From positions 42,718,001-42,782,000 of the forward strand of contig OX597830.1 of assembly GCA_951406725.2 (NCBI GenBank): a stretch of DNA of 64,000 nt, given 5' to 3'. Under the pieces are notes generated by a model, which was given only the letters and a program-made list of their open reading frames with translations, was not told the DNA's origin and made no database searches. This DNA is from Octopus vulgaris. Its lineage: Eukaryota. This document shows positions 14,145-27,720 of this stretch, in pieces. The position numbers were made by a program, and so were the translations under genes. Position 1 is the stretch's first letter. Each line of letters begins with the position of its first letter.

Positions 14145-14524
14145 GTAAACTGACAATTGCTTCAATGCATTTTAATTAGTTGACTTACCTGATTTGATTA
14201 ATATTGACAGATTAAATGGCATTCCAATTCATCAGTTGCTATAATATTCAACATTAAGTTCCACATTTAATTCTTCTAATTTATAATATAATTGCATTTC
14301 TAGAAATAAGATAGCATTTTTGTTTATATAGGGATGTTTGTATATGTTTTTATGGAATTATTGAATATATAGATCAGAATATGTTCATAATAGGTCAGCC
14401 TTGGTTATATATTTGTCAATAATTTTAAAATTTTGGTTTCTGTGTGCTTGTGTGTTTGCATGCATTTATATATTCTAATGTCATATACATTCTAATATCA
14501 TGTATGCTGTTACTTTCACTGTAG

Positions 14525-14645
14525 AATGTAGTTGCTGTCGGTGCAGGCATTGGTGATGGCCATAAAATGGGGGATAATACAAAGGCCGCAATTGTCAGAC
14601 TCGGCATGTTGGAAATAATAGAATTCATCAATTTCTTTTTTAAAG
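14525..14645 (+). CDS. GPD1: GPD1-family exon
   Basis: ctgtag| ... |gtggga, 121 nt; NVVAVGAGIGDGHKMGDNTKAAIVRLGMLEIIEFINFFFK (GDNTKAA motif). Confidence 0.92.
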
Positions 14646-15904
14646 GTGGGAATTATTTTGTTTTTATTATAGTTAAATGGTATTTCTGGAAAAGAAAATG
14701 AATAATATTGATTTCAGATTTTGGGACAAGGCCAGTAATTTTTGAGAAATGGGTACATTGATTACAGGGACCCCAATGCTCGGATGGTACTTATTATATC
14801 AACCCCAAAAGGATGAAAGGTAAAGTCAACCTCAGTTGGATTTGAACTCAAACTGTAAAGACAGATGAAGCACTACTAAGTGTTTTGCTTGGGATGCTAA
14901 TGTAGTATTCAAATTGCCCAATAAATATAGACTCTATTGTTGATATTGTATCATTTACAAATCTTCTGAAATAACAATTATTAAATTAATCCTTGTTTTC
15001 TTTTTCTATGTTATCTGCTGTATATTCTGTCAAAAAATGAAAATAAGTACATTTGTTTGTAGATTTGCTATCTTAATATTTGAATTGTTCCTTGACATGA
15101 AATTGATATACAAATCTGCCATTCTGTAGTTTTGGTGCTACAAGTGCTTTTGTGTCCTTTGTCTTTAAATATCCATCAATTAATTGTTGTTATACAAATT
15201 ACCTAATTCAAGAATTTGTTCAGTACCATTATAGTTGTTAGTCTACATTTATAAAGTGTGGTGACACATAAAAGCTATCTACACTGATGATATGTGAACA
15301 GCATCCAGCACATTCTGTGGAGAGGTTGGCATTAGGAAAGGCATCCGGTCATAAAAACTAAACCAAAAACAGACTATGGAACCTGGTGCAACTCTTCAGC
15401 TTACCAGTTCCAGTCAAACTGTCTAACCCATGCCAGTATGGAAAATGGACACTAAATGGTGATGATGAATGCTGAAAATTCACTGCAGTTATTTGTCTAA
15501 ATCTTCTGAAGGGCAACTTTTATTTATTTGGTGTCAACCAAATAAAAGAGTCTTTAACATACTCTATTCAAAACCAGACCCTATTTGATATATTGAGCTC
15601 ATGAGTTAACACACCAAACAATTTCGATCTCAAGACTATTTTCTAATGGTCTTAGATTTAAAATTTGATGTATCTCAATTTCTCTTTTAAATATCCTTAT
15701 TGTTTGATGATTTCCATAATAAAGATTGGATAACAGTTTAAGAACATAGTTTTACTAAAACAACTTGTCAAATGTATAATTTACAAAGACTTGCCAACTA
15801 AACTGTTTTTTTAACTTTAAAGCTTATCTATAAATTATTATTGCTAATTAACATTATTTGATTTTGGCAATGATTTAAACAATTATTGAAATAAATTGTT
15901 TCAG

Positions 15905-16014
15905 AGTCAAATTTGAGAACATATTTTGAAAGTTGTGGCCTCGCTGATCTAGTAACTACCTGTCAAGGAGGACGAAATAGGAAATTAGGAGAAGCTCTTG
16001 TGTACTCTAATAAG
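15905..16014 (+). CDS. GPD1: GPD1-family exon
   Basis: tttcag| ... |gtatac, 110 nt; (E)[36 protein letters not shown] (ESCG.ADL.TTC.GGRNR substrate-binding motif). Confidence 0.94.
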
Positions 16015-16157
16015 GTATACTATTTCATCTATAATTATCTTTATTGAATGTTTCTTCTAATATTTCCACTGTTTTTATATTGATTAATTGATTAGCAAAG
16101 AACAAACTAATTATTTGTATGTCTCATAGATTATATCGACTTTTACATTGAATATGT

Positions 16158-16378
16158 TTAGTCCTTTATCATTTAAACTAGCCAAAATATTCTGTTTTAT
16201 GTTCAAACCAGCCAGATCTGGTCTCCAATACCTACCCTGCAATGTCTAAAAAAAAATTTTTTAATTAGCAGTCGCATCTTCGAAATCTTACAGCTATGAG
16301 ATGATGCATGAGTGATTCAAAATAATAGAATAAATAAGCATTAAATTGGATAGAATAAATTGAATACTAAAGGGTTAA
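16158..16378. mobile_element. Possible piggyBac-type MITE
   Basis: Imperfect termini ttagtcctttatcatttaaa ... ttgaatactaaagggttaa (TTAA-CCCTTT type). Confidence 0.45.
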
Positions 16379-17221
16379 TAATTCTTTTAAATATTTGAAT
16401 ATTTATTCAAAGTTGAATCCTAAACATATAACCAGACACTTCATTTGCATGAAATACATTTAAATTTGAAGATCCCCATATTTTATTTACCTAATGCAAC
16501 CTTGAAATATTGAATATTTAAACATATATGTTAGTTATATTCACTAAGGCATCACTACAATGGTAACGTCATGGCAATAAGGATAAAAGTTTATTTTTTT
16601 ACAGAATATTATCATTATAAGTTGTTTCTCTTGTATTCATTGACCAATGCCTTTGAAAACTCGTGATTACTTGATGTGTCTTCCTTGTAAGTTCTGTTGT
16701 TTGGCTTTAAAGGTATATTAGTGACTATAAAATATGCAAGTCTCTTTTCTAAGTTTTAGAAATCAATCTATCCTGAAATACAAGTTTGTTTATATTCCAA
16801 GAAGGTCTGTGTAGTATCTGAAACTTTATTTTAGACAAGCAAAATAAAAAGAAACAAAACACAATGAAAACTTTTGTTTATAAAATGCTCTGCTGTAAAC
16901 AATATTTTCAGTTAATCCTATGTTATTGGGAAATATCTGTAAATGATTGCCTACTACTAAACAGTAAGGCTATTTATAAAAGAAAGAAGATGTCTCAATG
17001 TTGACACCTATCTTAAGAGACTGATTTCAATATTTCTTGAGACCCAAAAAAACAAAGTCTGACTAGGAATAACAATCTCTTGAATCAAGAGGACAGATCT
17101 GTTGATCTTCTTCATACTTGTTTCCAAGACCATACTGTTATTGTTCTCACATGGTTTCTGTTCAGGAGTTTTGTTACCACCAACATTGAAATTGACAGTC
17201 ATGTCATTGTGTGATTGGGTA

Positions 17222-17428
17222 CATATGAGGGGAGCTGGAAAGTTCCTGACTTTGGATAACAGAAAATACAACAGTTAATTAGGATTTTATTCAACATATT
17301 CCCCTCTCAGATTCATGCACTTATTGCAGCAGTCCTTCAGTTTTCCTAAGCCCTGTAAAAAGAACTCGGAGGGTTGGGCATCCAACCAGGTCTTTCACAA
17401 AACTAGGAACTTTTCAGCACCTCCTTGT
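17222..17428. mobile_element. Tc1/mariner-type MITE
   Basis: Imperfect TIRs gaggggagctggaaagttcct / aggaacttttcagcacctcc. Confidence 0.6.
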
Positions 17429-17926
17429 GGAAGGAAAATGACCACAGTCTTATAAAGTGTTTTAAAAACTAAATAGACAAAACACACTCACTTCTTACTG
17501 ATGAGGAACAAAAGGAATTCTGATCTGGAAGGAGAGAGTGTAGGGGATTTTATCTTCAGTAGCAGTACTTTTCTGTGTACTTATTTTATTGATCTATGGG
17601 AATGAAATGTGAAATTCCTCAGTCTCTCTTTGCATTCGAACGTAGAACATGAAGGGACATAACTAAGTATCGTAAGAAAGTCTAATATTGATTTGCTTTG
17701 TGTGATGATCCTTTACGTGGTTACATTTTAATGTTTCCACTACAAATCACACATTCAAGTGCAAATGAGGTATTCCTGTCCATATTTCTTTCTTGCTTAT
17801 TACATCAGGGTATCTTAGAATCCTATTTATTTCATCTTACCATGGTACTTTGCCACCAGTTTTTGTGGGTCTCAAACACACAAACTTATGCAGATAAGTT
17901 ACTTTCTTTTATTTCTTGGTCTAGAG

Positions 17927-18271
17927 CAGGGGTTCTCAAACATTTTTCACGCATGGACCCCTTTGATTACTATTTTATTCTGGTGGATCCCTAAAGCTAT
18001 TTGGTGTTTAAACACTAGTTTTATAGAAACTTCTTTCAAACTTCCTATTTTGTTTTTCACATATTAACTTGTGTAGGTTGAGCTATGTAAAGCATTAAAG
18101 AAACTAAGCTGTTTCTTGTAATACACACCAATACATACAACTAAAGCAAAATTTTTTCAGGGTCTCTTAAAATACTATTGTGGATCCCCAATTTACTATT
18201 TTGTTGTGTGGACCCCCTAAAATCTTTTATGGACCCTCAGGAGCCATATGGACCCTGGCTGAGAACCATTG
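17927..18271. mobile_element. hAT-type MITE
   Basis: TIRs CAGGGGTTCTCA / TGAGAACCATTG; imperfect 8-bp TSD gtctagag/gtctaaac; second copy at 61201-62010. Confidence 0.75.
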
Positions 18272-18828
18272 GTCTAAACTAAAGGAGAAAAGCAGTAATT
18301 TTGGTTTTATGGGCTCCACTAGGCTGGAGAACCAAATAAGGTTATAGGATGTAGATGTTTGGAAGCAAAAGAAGAGAAGTTACTAAAGAAAGACAATGGA
18401 CAAGGAAATGATTGAATTTTGAGGTACATCTGACTATATAGAGTAGGGATTAAAGAAGACTTCATTGATACAAGTTATAGTAAAGCAAATTGTGAAAGTT
18501 CACTATGCAGACGAGCAGTTTGTTATGATGACTCTAAAGAAGCCTTTCCTAGTTTTGGAATACCTATTTATAAATGTGGCCAAATTAAAGAACAAATAAA
18601 ATTTCAGTTAAGATTAGGAGCACATTCATTTACACTACATTTTATTCTAATTTCTTCATTATAAGTAGGGTCCTGGAATGATCTAGAACGACCATTATAT
18701 TTCCAGTATAATCATGACATAATACATTCACAAGTACCATACACAACTTAGAGAAAATACATAACCACATTTGTAACAACTGTGCTTCACAACATGTAAA
18801 GTATAAACTTTCTGATTTTATTTTAAAG

Positions 18829-18935
18829 ACCCTTCTTGAACTGGAGGAAGAGATTTTAAAAGGCCAGAGTTTTCAAGGACCATTAGTAGCCAAAGCAGTT
18901 TTTGAAATTTTGAAATCCAAAAAGATGGTAGAAAA
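18829..18935 (+). CDS. GPD1: GPD1-family exon
   Basis: ttaaag| ... |gtaagt, 107 nt; TLLELEEEILKGQSFQGPLVAKAVFEILKSKKMVEK. Confidence 0.93.
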
Positions 18936-18999
18936 GTAAGTCACATCTAATTGAACATCAAGGAAATAATTCTTTATCTGTTCACTTTTAATTGTTTCT

Positions 19000-19171
19000 C
19001 TTGCTTGACTGTGCCCATGCTGGAGCATCACTATGAAGAGTTTAGTCTAACAAATCAATCCCAGTTCTTATTTTCCATGTCTGGTACTTATTCTATCGAT
19101 CTCTTTTGCCAAACCACTAAGCAATAGCGTTGGGTGGGGAGCAAACACAAACTCAAACACACTCACACACA

Positions 19172-19233
<62 letters not shown>

Positions 19234-19385
19234 CACATGATGGCATCCACACAGTTTCTGTCTACCAAATCCACTCACAAGGCATTGATTAGCTCAGGGT
19301 TATAGTAGAAGACACTTGCCCAAGGTGCTGTACTGTGGGACTGAACCTGAAACTATGTCATTGCAAAGCAAGCCTCTAAGCCACA
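19000..19385 (-). mobile_element. tRNA-derived SINE (third family) with internal (CA)n
   Basis: Reverse complement of ...ggttcagtcccac...caccttgggcaagtgtcttctactata...gccttgtgagtggatttggtagac; + copies at 62510-62645 and 63225-63385. Confidence 0.75.
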
Positions 19386-19494
19386 AAATTATTCATTTAT
19401 CTCAAATAAAAATGTTTTATTTATGGATTTAAGATTGATTAAAGTATTAACAAATCTTTTCCTGAATGATTCACAGAAGTTATATTTCTTTCAG

Positions 19495-19597
19495 GTTCCC
19501 AATATTTGTGGCTGTCCATTTGACTTGTCAACGCAAAATGAAAACCACTGACTTTATTAACTCACTGGTGAACCATCCAGAACACAAAACTCGTTGA
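19495..19597 (+). CDS. GPD1: GPD1-family last coding exon
   Basis: tttcag|G TTC CCA...; FPIFVAVHLTCQRKMKTTDFINSLVNHPEHKTR* with the characteristic NHPEH terminus. Confidence 0.94.
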
Positions 19598-22500
19598 GAT
19601 TTTATTTATATATTTTAGTTTAGCTTATTTGCTTTTATCTAAATTGATAGGTTAATGCTTTTATTTTTGCTGCTTTCAGTGTTTTAAAAATTATTTTGAA
19701 TTATTGCTTGCTTTTTTTTCTCGAGTTTACTCAGAATTGGATGAAGATACATTTTACTTTCAAGGAAAAATTGAATTTATACTAAATTCACCAGTATTAT
19801 TAACTTTAATTTATTCAAGAAAGGAATAGCTATTTATTTTAAAACATAGATTCTTTTTCTCTTTTATGTAGATCTTCACAATATCATAGCTATATTTATT
19901 GCATGAGCTCTTACTACAAGCATAATATAAATAATGCTTCCTGCCGATATTGCTGGAATATAGGAGTCAACAGAGACTTAATGATTTCATTGGTGAAATG
20001 ATGTGGTTCTATAACTGAAGGACTGATTAATATATCAGTCTACTAATACTGATCTTTTCCATTTATGTATGATATATATATGTATAGTTCTGACATAATT
20101 GGTAAAATTTATCTCAGGGTATTAAGTCTTTTTGTTAACATTTTCAAATAAGATGTTTTCTCAATTGCTCATAAAAGATGAATCTGAATTAAAGACATAT
20201 ACTTATAAACGTCTAAATTTTTCACTGTATATTTACTTCAACTTTGTGTAAATTTAAAACAAAATATTCCTTATGGGTATTTGTGAAAAGTGTGACCAAT
20301 AAGAATGTTATCAGAGCCTTAATTTTTCTCGGTAAACATTCTGCCAAAGTCAAGCATAGCGCATTGACTGAAAGTGGAGAAATGACATCAGCTGACTAAA
20401 TTTAAAAACTATATGATCATTTACTTAATTAGCATAACTAGTCTAAAGAGAGATTTTGTAATGCTGTGGTATTAACACGACATAAATATGCATGAACATT
20501 TTGTTTGATTAAATAATGTTAAACTCTTTGAATTTTGGGCATGATTCAATGAGTCAAATTTTTATATATTCTGTTCTTCCTGCATGTAAATATCTATTTT
20601 TATTTATATTTATATAAACCTATTTTAGAAGAGGGAAATGATATTTATGTGAGCCTGTGCGTGTGAGTGACAGAAAAAAGACAGGCAGCATGTAAGTATA
20701 TAAGTATATAGATGGAGTTCATATATACATGCTGGATTCAGAAAACAATATATTTTCATTATTATATGATTCATCTATTTTTATTTAATTTCATTTGTTT
20801 TTAAGATTAAAAAAAAGCTATTACTAATTTGATGACAGCTATTTTGTTCTGTTCATGATATAAGTCTAAAAAAGGAAATGGAAATATAACGTTTTCAAAG
20901 TTATGTATTGATGTTTCATTTCTGAAATACAAAGAAATGTATTACTATACACAGTCAATATAACAATAGATTGCTGGTCTTGTGCCAAAATTTGAAACCA
21001 ATATGACAATGCAGTTTTTCTCCCCTAAAGAATTTTAATTTATACAGATTTCATTGTTTAAAACATTTTTTGGAGTGATTAAACATGTAATAGAATTTCT
21101 CTTAACTCGTTACATCTTAGAGGCACCATTTCAGTTTTTAGCTTCAAAAAGAGATAAATTAAAACCTCAATTCTCTGAGACAAAAAAAACATGTTTTGAA
21201 CAGTAAAGAACCTTATTGAGTTCCACTCAATGGAGTAATGTGGATACTGAGTCCAACTTAATTTTCATAAAATATCTGATATGGGTTTAAGTGACAGTAC
21301 ATTGATGTTTATGAATATTACAATAAATGAAGGCAGCAAGCTGGCAGAATCATTAGCACACTAGTCAAAATGCTTAGCGGCATTTCATCCATCTTTATGT
21401 TCTGAGTTCAATTTCTGCCAAAGTCAACTGTGCCTTTCATCCTTTTAGGGTTAATAAAATAGAGAACTGGGGTTGATATAATCGATTTACTCCTTCCCCC
21501 TGAAATTGCTGGCCTTGTACTAAACTTTGAAACCAATATTACAATAAATAAGAAATAGATAGAAGTTGTATAGGTGGCCCAAATCCTATACTTCTGTAAA
21601 AGTGTGAGTTGTAATGATGATTATTGTAATGTGGGGATTGTAGTATTGGTTGTCCCTGATCAGCCCTGATCTAGCAGACATATGACCAGCATTCCAACCA
21701 TGACCATTCCATCTATTTAGAAGTATGTAGGATTACACTATTTAATGTACCCTGTTCTTATATTCAGTGGTAGAATTGGAAGGAGAGTTAGCTGCCATTT
21801 CTAACAGATAGAGCAATCATGTAAGGGCACTCTTGCTGGCTTAATATAACATTTTAGGAGTGTATTAGTAGGAATTTTAAAATTTGGACAAAATATATAC
21901 ATGTTACATTTAGTTACAGTCCTTTTCACTGTGAGTTCAAATCTTGCTGAGGTTAACTTGGCCTTTCAACCTTCCAGGGTCAATAAAATAAAGAAGCGAT
22001 CAAGTACTGGTATTGATACTACATTCCTTTAATGCATCTTAGATGTAGATGGAATTATAAATAGCAGACAAGACAAGTTGGTTACTGGTTCAAAGGTGTT
22101 GTATAAATACAACAGCAGGTTGTATAAATACAACTGTATGGTAGATGTAAACATGGTTAAATGATAGTATTGTGGTGTCCCTTGCTTAATCTATTTGGTT
22201 CATAAGTGTTTCACTGAAGATTGCTTTGATGTAGTTATTTTATGGAGAATTAACTTGATGGAGCTCTGACATTTGTCTCCAAGCCTTGTCCACAGGAAGA
22301 ATTAGCCAGCATCTGTGAATTATACTTGTCAGTTTTATACTTCTGTCAATACTTTGAGCAACATGTTATTTTTACACTTCTATTCTTTTCTTTTTTTAGT
22401 TATTTAATTTTGCTAGCACTTAGTCGGGGTGAGAACGGCAGTGCTTGTGCCCTTTATCTTTATAGGGTTTGTAAGACTGATGAGAGGAAACTATCGACAA

Positions 22501-25500
22501 ACTGAAGACTTAGCCTCAATGTTTGCAAATAGGGTGAACTTCTCTAAGAGCACCCAAGGACTAGGTGGGATTTGAATAATAATTAAAAGATTGTGAGTGT
22601 TGGAACAGAATATGCTCTTTATGCTGCTTGTTATAACTAACTAAACTTGAACTTAATTTTATAAAATGATGTACAAGCCTATTAGTTGCATAGTTAATAT
22701 AAAGATGCCCTAAATATATGCCTCTAGTTCTTTGAAATGCTTGTACTGACTGGAGACTATAGTCAACTCTAGCTTAATCTTCATAGAATATTAACACTAG
22801 TTTTTTTCTAATATTCTGTTAAAAAGAGAATTGAAGAAACATAATTGTAGGTGTAGTATTAGTGTAGATGATTTATTATATGATTTTGTTAAAGTTTTTT
22901 TAAAATATAAGAATGGAAAAATTTGTGTAATTTTAGACAAACTTTTTGGGAAAAAAAAATGATTATAGCTTTATCTTGTATTACATGCAATTAAGTAATT
23001 GCCACCAGATTGTTGGTGTTGTCAAAGGATATTATATAATTCCTAAATTTGAAAGAAAACATGAGATGTTATGTTGGTGATGTTGCTGCTGAATGTGAGG
23101 GTGATGAAGATTAAAATCACAAAAAAAGCCATAGACATTTAAAAAAATATTCCTTTATTTAATGTAGTTAGTTTGTACCTTTTCATATTTCATTGATGTA
23201 ATTCAAAGTTTTGAAAATGAACTCTTTTGAAAACAGTTCCAGAACTAAACTATTTAACTGTTTCTCTAATTTATAATGTTGCTTAATTTATTATACTCCT
23301 ATTCCAACATTCCAAATTCCATTAACATGAATTTCCCAGTCTTATTTGTCATTAAAATGTTATTTTTCTTTAACTTTTCTAATTTTATATTCCTTGGAAA
23401 TATTTATTAAAGAAACTAACACTTGTTCTGTTTTATATTATTTTTTACCTTATTTTCCCATATAATTTCTTCAAATAGATGATAAAAACAGGGGGGGGGG
23501 GGATGCTTAAAAGCATCTCTTCCATATTTCTAATCTACTTCAGCTAATCCCTTTAGCTAAAGAGAAAGATTTGTGTTGTGCTAATATATCAGCATGAATT
23601 TGTCCCTAACTAAACATACTGCATGCTATAAACTGAAAGATAAATAGTTTATTGGAAGGTGAAATAACTGTGTAGCAAAAGACTCCTTATGTGTACAGAG
23701 AATGGAGAGGATATATGTCTGTATATATCTATGTGTGTATGTATGTAATATGTAGTATGTATGTGTGTATGCATGCATATATGTGTGCATACGTGAGTGA
23801 GTGAGTGTGTGTCTGTGACAAAGATCATTGAGATTGGTGAAGCAGATATTTGTGAAATAACGAGGTAAATAATGCCTGCTTTTCCATGCTCATATGGGTC
23901 AAACAAAATTTATTGAGGTGGATTTTTCTACAATCAGGTGCCTTTCCTGTTGCCAACCCTTATCTGTTTCCAAGTAGGGTAATATTTCCCATGTCACAGA
24001 AGAATGGAATTAAAGGACACTGCTCATGTGATGCTCACTCACAACTATCAAGTGATGTCAAGTTCTTCAAAAGTGGGCATGAATCTCTTATTAACTGACA
24101 TAGCACATGTTGGTAGAGCAACCGTTTTATCAATGCAAAGATACAACTCAACATAGTCTCCATCATAAGTAATGCATTTGTGCCATTGTTGAATGCATCT
24201 CTTGAATTTGCTTTGAAAAAAAATTCAGATGTGTACTGTGCACTCTTGTACCCACTTATTAGCAGTTACTTTCACCTTGTCAGTGTCATCAGATCATAGT
24301 CCCTGAAGACTGTCCCTCATTTGACCAAACGAGTTTGAAATGAGAGGGCACTAGATCTGGAGTGTACAACAGATAGAGGACCACTGAGCGGGCCAATTTG
24401 TCCGTTGCCTGATTTTGGATCAAAGATGTATGTTGATTATTTTCAGATTCTTGTTTAATTTCTTTCTTCTAATGGTCTCTTTAAATTTTTTGACTCTCTC
24501 AATGTTCCACTTACTGTTCATTGTACAGCCACATTCCAGAAAATTAAGGAGAATGATGTTTTTTTTCATCCTTGGAAACAATGTTCATGACTTTCTCTGC
24601 CAATTGCCAGCTTTTGAACTTCTTAGTTCTTGAAGAAGAGGTGTGATGCCATTCCATGGACTGGGCTTTTGTTTTTGGATCATAAAGATACAACAATGTT
24701 TCATTTCCTGTCACCAGATCAGAAAGAAAATCCCCAAAAGTGTCTATATTTCACTGTTCCTGGGAGAATCACAGAAAGAATGATTGCCATTATCCCTTTC
24801 TACTTTCTATCTTATTACATTCCTTGACAGACAGTAGAGTGTAGCTTGAGGGAGAGTTGGCTGCTATCTCTCAAATGTTGTAGGCTGGGCCTGATGGAAG
24901 CAATGGCCAAGACTTTTGGCATTATGTTGTGTTTGAGAAGAAGAACCATGAAGCCGAGCAAAATTGCAGTCGTGGCGGATACTGGTGTCATGCAAATTGG
25001 CACCCATGCTGGTGGCATGTAAAAGCATCCATTACACTCTTGGAGTGGTTGGCATTAGGAAGGGCATCCAGCCATAGAAAAATCATGCCAAATCAGAATG
25101 GAGTCTGGTGCAGCCTTCCAGCATGCCAGCCCAGTCAAACCGTCCAACCCATGCCAACATGGACAATGGATATTAAATGATGATGATGAAGAGCTGACAA
25201 ATAATTTTCTGACTTTGTTGTTTTCTTCCATTTTACTGTTTCTGAGTACAAGGTGCGCACATATGCACACATGCACGTACACACACACAATTTCATTTTC
25301 ATGTTTATTCTTCCATCAAAACACTTTGTATTTAGAGAAGCTATGATGAAGATACCAGACTTCCAACCTTCTTGAACTGCCTCTTCTTTTTTTTAATGAA
25401 ATAGTTTACTGATTAAATAACAAGTCTCTGGCAGTCAAACGTGTAAGCCTTGCCCATGCTTCTCAACATTTCACATGGTTTTTGCATACCAAAGCCCCAT

Positions 25501-25577
25501 TCAAAACGGTTGCATTTGTTTCCAGTTCACAATGTAACTCTGGTCTGTTGACCTCTGCAAGAAAAATATGAAAGAGC

Positions 25578-25898
25578 ACTCCATTTGTTATGACGACGAG
25601 GGTCCCAGCTGATATAATCAACAGAACAGCTTACTCGTGAGATTAATGTGCAAGTGGCTGAGCACTCCACTGATACATGCACCCTTAATGTAGTTTTCAG
25701 GGAAATTCGGTGTGACACAGAGTGTGACAAGGTTGGCCCTTTGAAATACAAGTACAACTCATTTTTGCCAGCTGAGTGGACTGGAGCAACGTGAAATAAA
25801 GTGTTTTGCTCAAAGACACAACAGGTCACCAGGAATTGAACTCATGACCTTACAATCATGAGTTGAATTCCCTAACCACTTAGCTACATGCCTTCATG
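25578..25898 (-). mobile_element. tRNA-derived SINE (second family)
   Basis: Reverse complement of A-box-like tagctaagtggttag and B-box-like gagttcaattcc; homologous to 60365-60675(+) and 59830-60060(+). Confidence 0.8.
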
Positions 25899-26168
25899 CA
25901 AGAAGAATATAGGTTAAAAGAGAAATTCTAGCGTTGATATCCTGTAGGTGTTGGAAAAAGTGGGAATGGTAGTTAATGCAGGGTTTGGGTTGGGGGACAG
26001 AATGATTATTGAAAGAAGGAGAAACAGATGTGTTGGCTTGGCTTGGCAGGATGTAACATCCAACTGGTTAACTCTGTGAAGTAGAAGCTGTTGTTGAAAG
26101 TCAGTGAAGGGACAGTAGGTTAGATATTTGGTTGTACTGGTAATTAAGACATTGCCTAGAGGCTAGAT

Positions 26169-26607
26169 CAGAGGTTCTCAGTGTGGGTGGTATTAATCCC
26201 AAGAGGGTGCTGGGCATGTCAAAAGAGTTGTTAGACTTTAGGGGCAGTGAGTGTTGGGGGTGGGCAGTGAAGTAACATAACATTAAATTTTACCTATAGT
26301 AGTAATTATACATGATAAAACTAGTGATGGATATTAAAATAAAATGAGATCTCATTAAACACAGAAAAGTCATTAACTTGCAATGTTTAAAGAAATTGAC
26401 AACATTTGTCTTTACTAATTTTTTAACATTTCACAGTTAAAAGCTTATACAATCTGTTTTTAGAGTAAAACTTATAAATTATCATCCATGTTAAGTTATT
26501 TTAGTCATGATAGCTCACTTGCCGTTTAGGTGGGCACTAGGTATAATAATTACTTAAAAGAAGGGGGTTGGTGCTACAAAAAAAAAAAAAGGTGTTAAGA
26601 ACCACAG
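26169..26607. mobile_element. hAT-type MITE
   Basis: Termini CAGAGGTTCTCA ... TTAAGAACCACAG. Confidence 0.5.
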
Positions 26608-27524
26608 CTGGATGGTTTATTTTTGGGTGCTTTTGTGGATAACAGCAATACCAATCCAGAAACTCTAACAAACTACATGTAACTTATGAAATTCCTATCA
26701 GGAATTTCTTTCTTTCATTTATAACTGACTTCAGTGTAGGAAAACCTAATTTAAATTTCAATTCACAAACATTTAAGAATGGTATCAGGAAAATGAACAG
26801 CAATAAAAAAAAAAGTAACAAGAAAGATTATGAACCTAACAAGAGAAAGTGAAACACAACTTTTGTTTATTCTGCAACATAAATTTAGTCCCCCCAAATT
26901 TGATTTCGTAAAAAAGTGTTTTAAAATGTTTTCTCTGATAAATTATGCTGGTTACTTCCAGTTGTTCTTAGGAATTAGTGAAATAGAAAAATTTGTGATA
27001 TTCACAAACATAAACATTATAATTTTCAAATTCCTATGAGCAATAAGAATTTCCTCTTTTACTTCTTTGAAACTAAAGTTTCACTTTCTTTATCTTTGAA
27101 TAGCAAGGAATGGCATGTGTTAGAAATACCACACTGATATACTACCAGATTGTTGACCTAACTATTGCGCTTTTTCAACAGGATATATTCTACTCAAGTT
27201 CCACCCCAACACTACCTCACTCTATCCTGAAAAATATTTTCAGAAGCCACCTCTCTGCTAATATTGTATTTTTTACTAAAGTGGTGAACTGGCAGAATCG
27301 TTAACATTTTGTCCCATCTTTATGTTCAGAGTTCAAAATTCACTGAGGTCAATTTTGCCTTTCATACTTTCAGGGATGGGTGGGGGTATCAGTGTTGCAT
27401 GCGGGGTAGGGAGATGATGTCGATGTAATCAACTTACCCCACCTCCCCTGAAATTTCTGGCCTTGTGATAAAATTTGAAACAAATATTCTACTCATTACT
27501 AATTAAAAGTTTAAAAGAATATAT

Positions 27525-27720
27525 GAGCTGGAAGAGGCCTCATGGCAGGCCCCTCACAAGATGGCTGGATGTGATTGGGGAAGAACTCCAGAGGCTCGAT
27601 GTCACCTGGGAGGATGCAGAGAGGTTAGCATTGGACCACCAGTACTGAAGAGTACTGGTGGACCTGGTCAGCTCTACACATGAAGATGTCTCTGGAACCA
27701 CAAACTTGGAATGAACCCAG
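27525..27720 (+). mobile_element. 3' fragment of an RTE-like LINE ORF
   Basis: GWKRPHGRPLTRWLDVIGEELQRLDVTWEDAERLALD, a typical R..GRP..RW.D C-terminus. Confidence 0.6.

Noticed and set aside
14425-14631. Minus-strand 68-aa ORF
   Set aside because: Antisense shadow of a GPD1 exon
19595-19618. Stop-codon readthrough giving a peroxisomal GPD1 isoform
   Set aside because: The context is TGA GAT (not TGA CTA) and the extension DFIYIF* has no PTS1-like tripeptide
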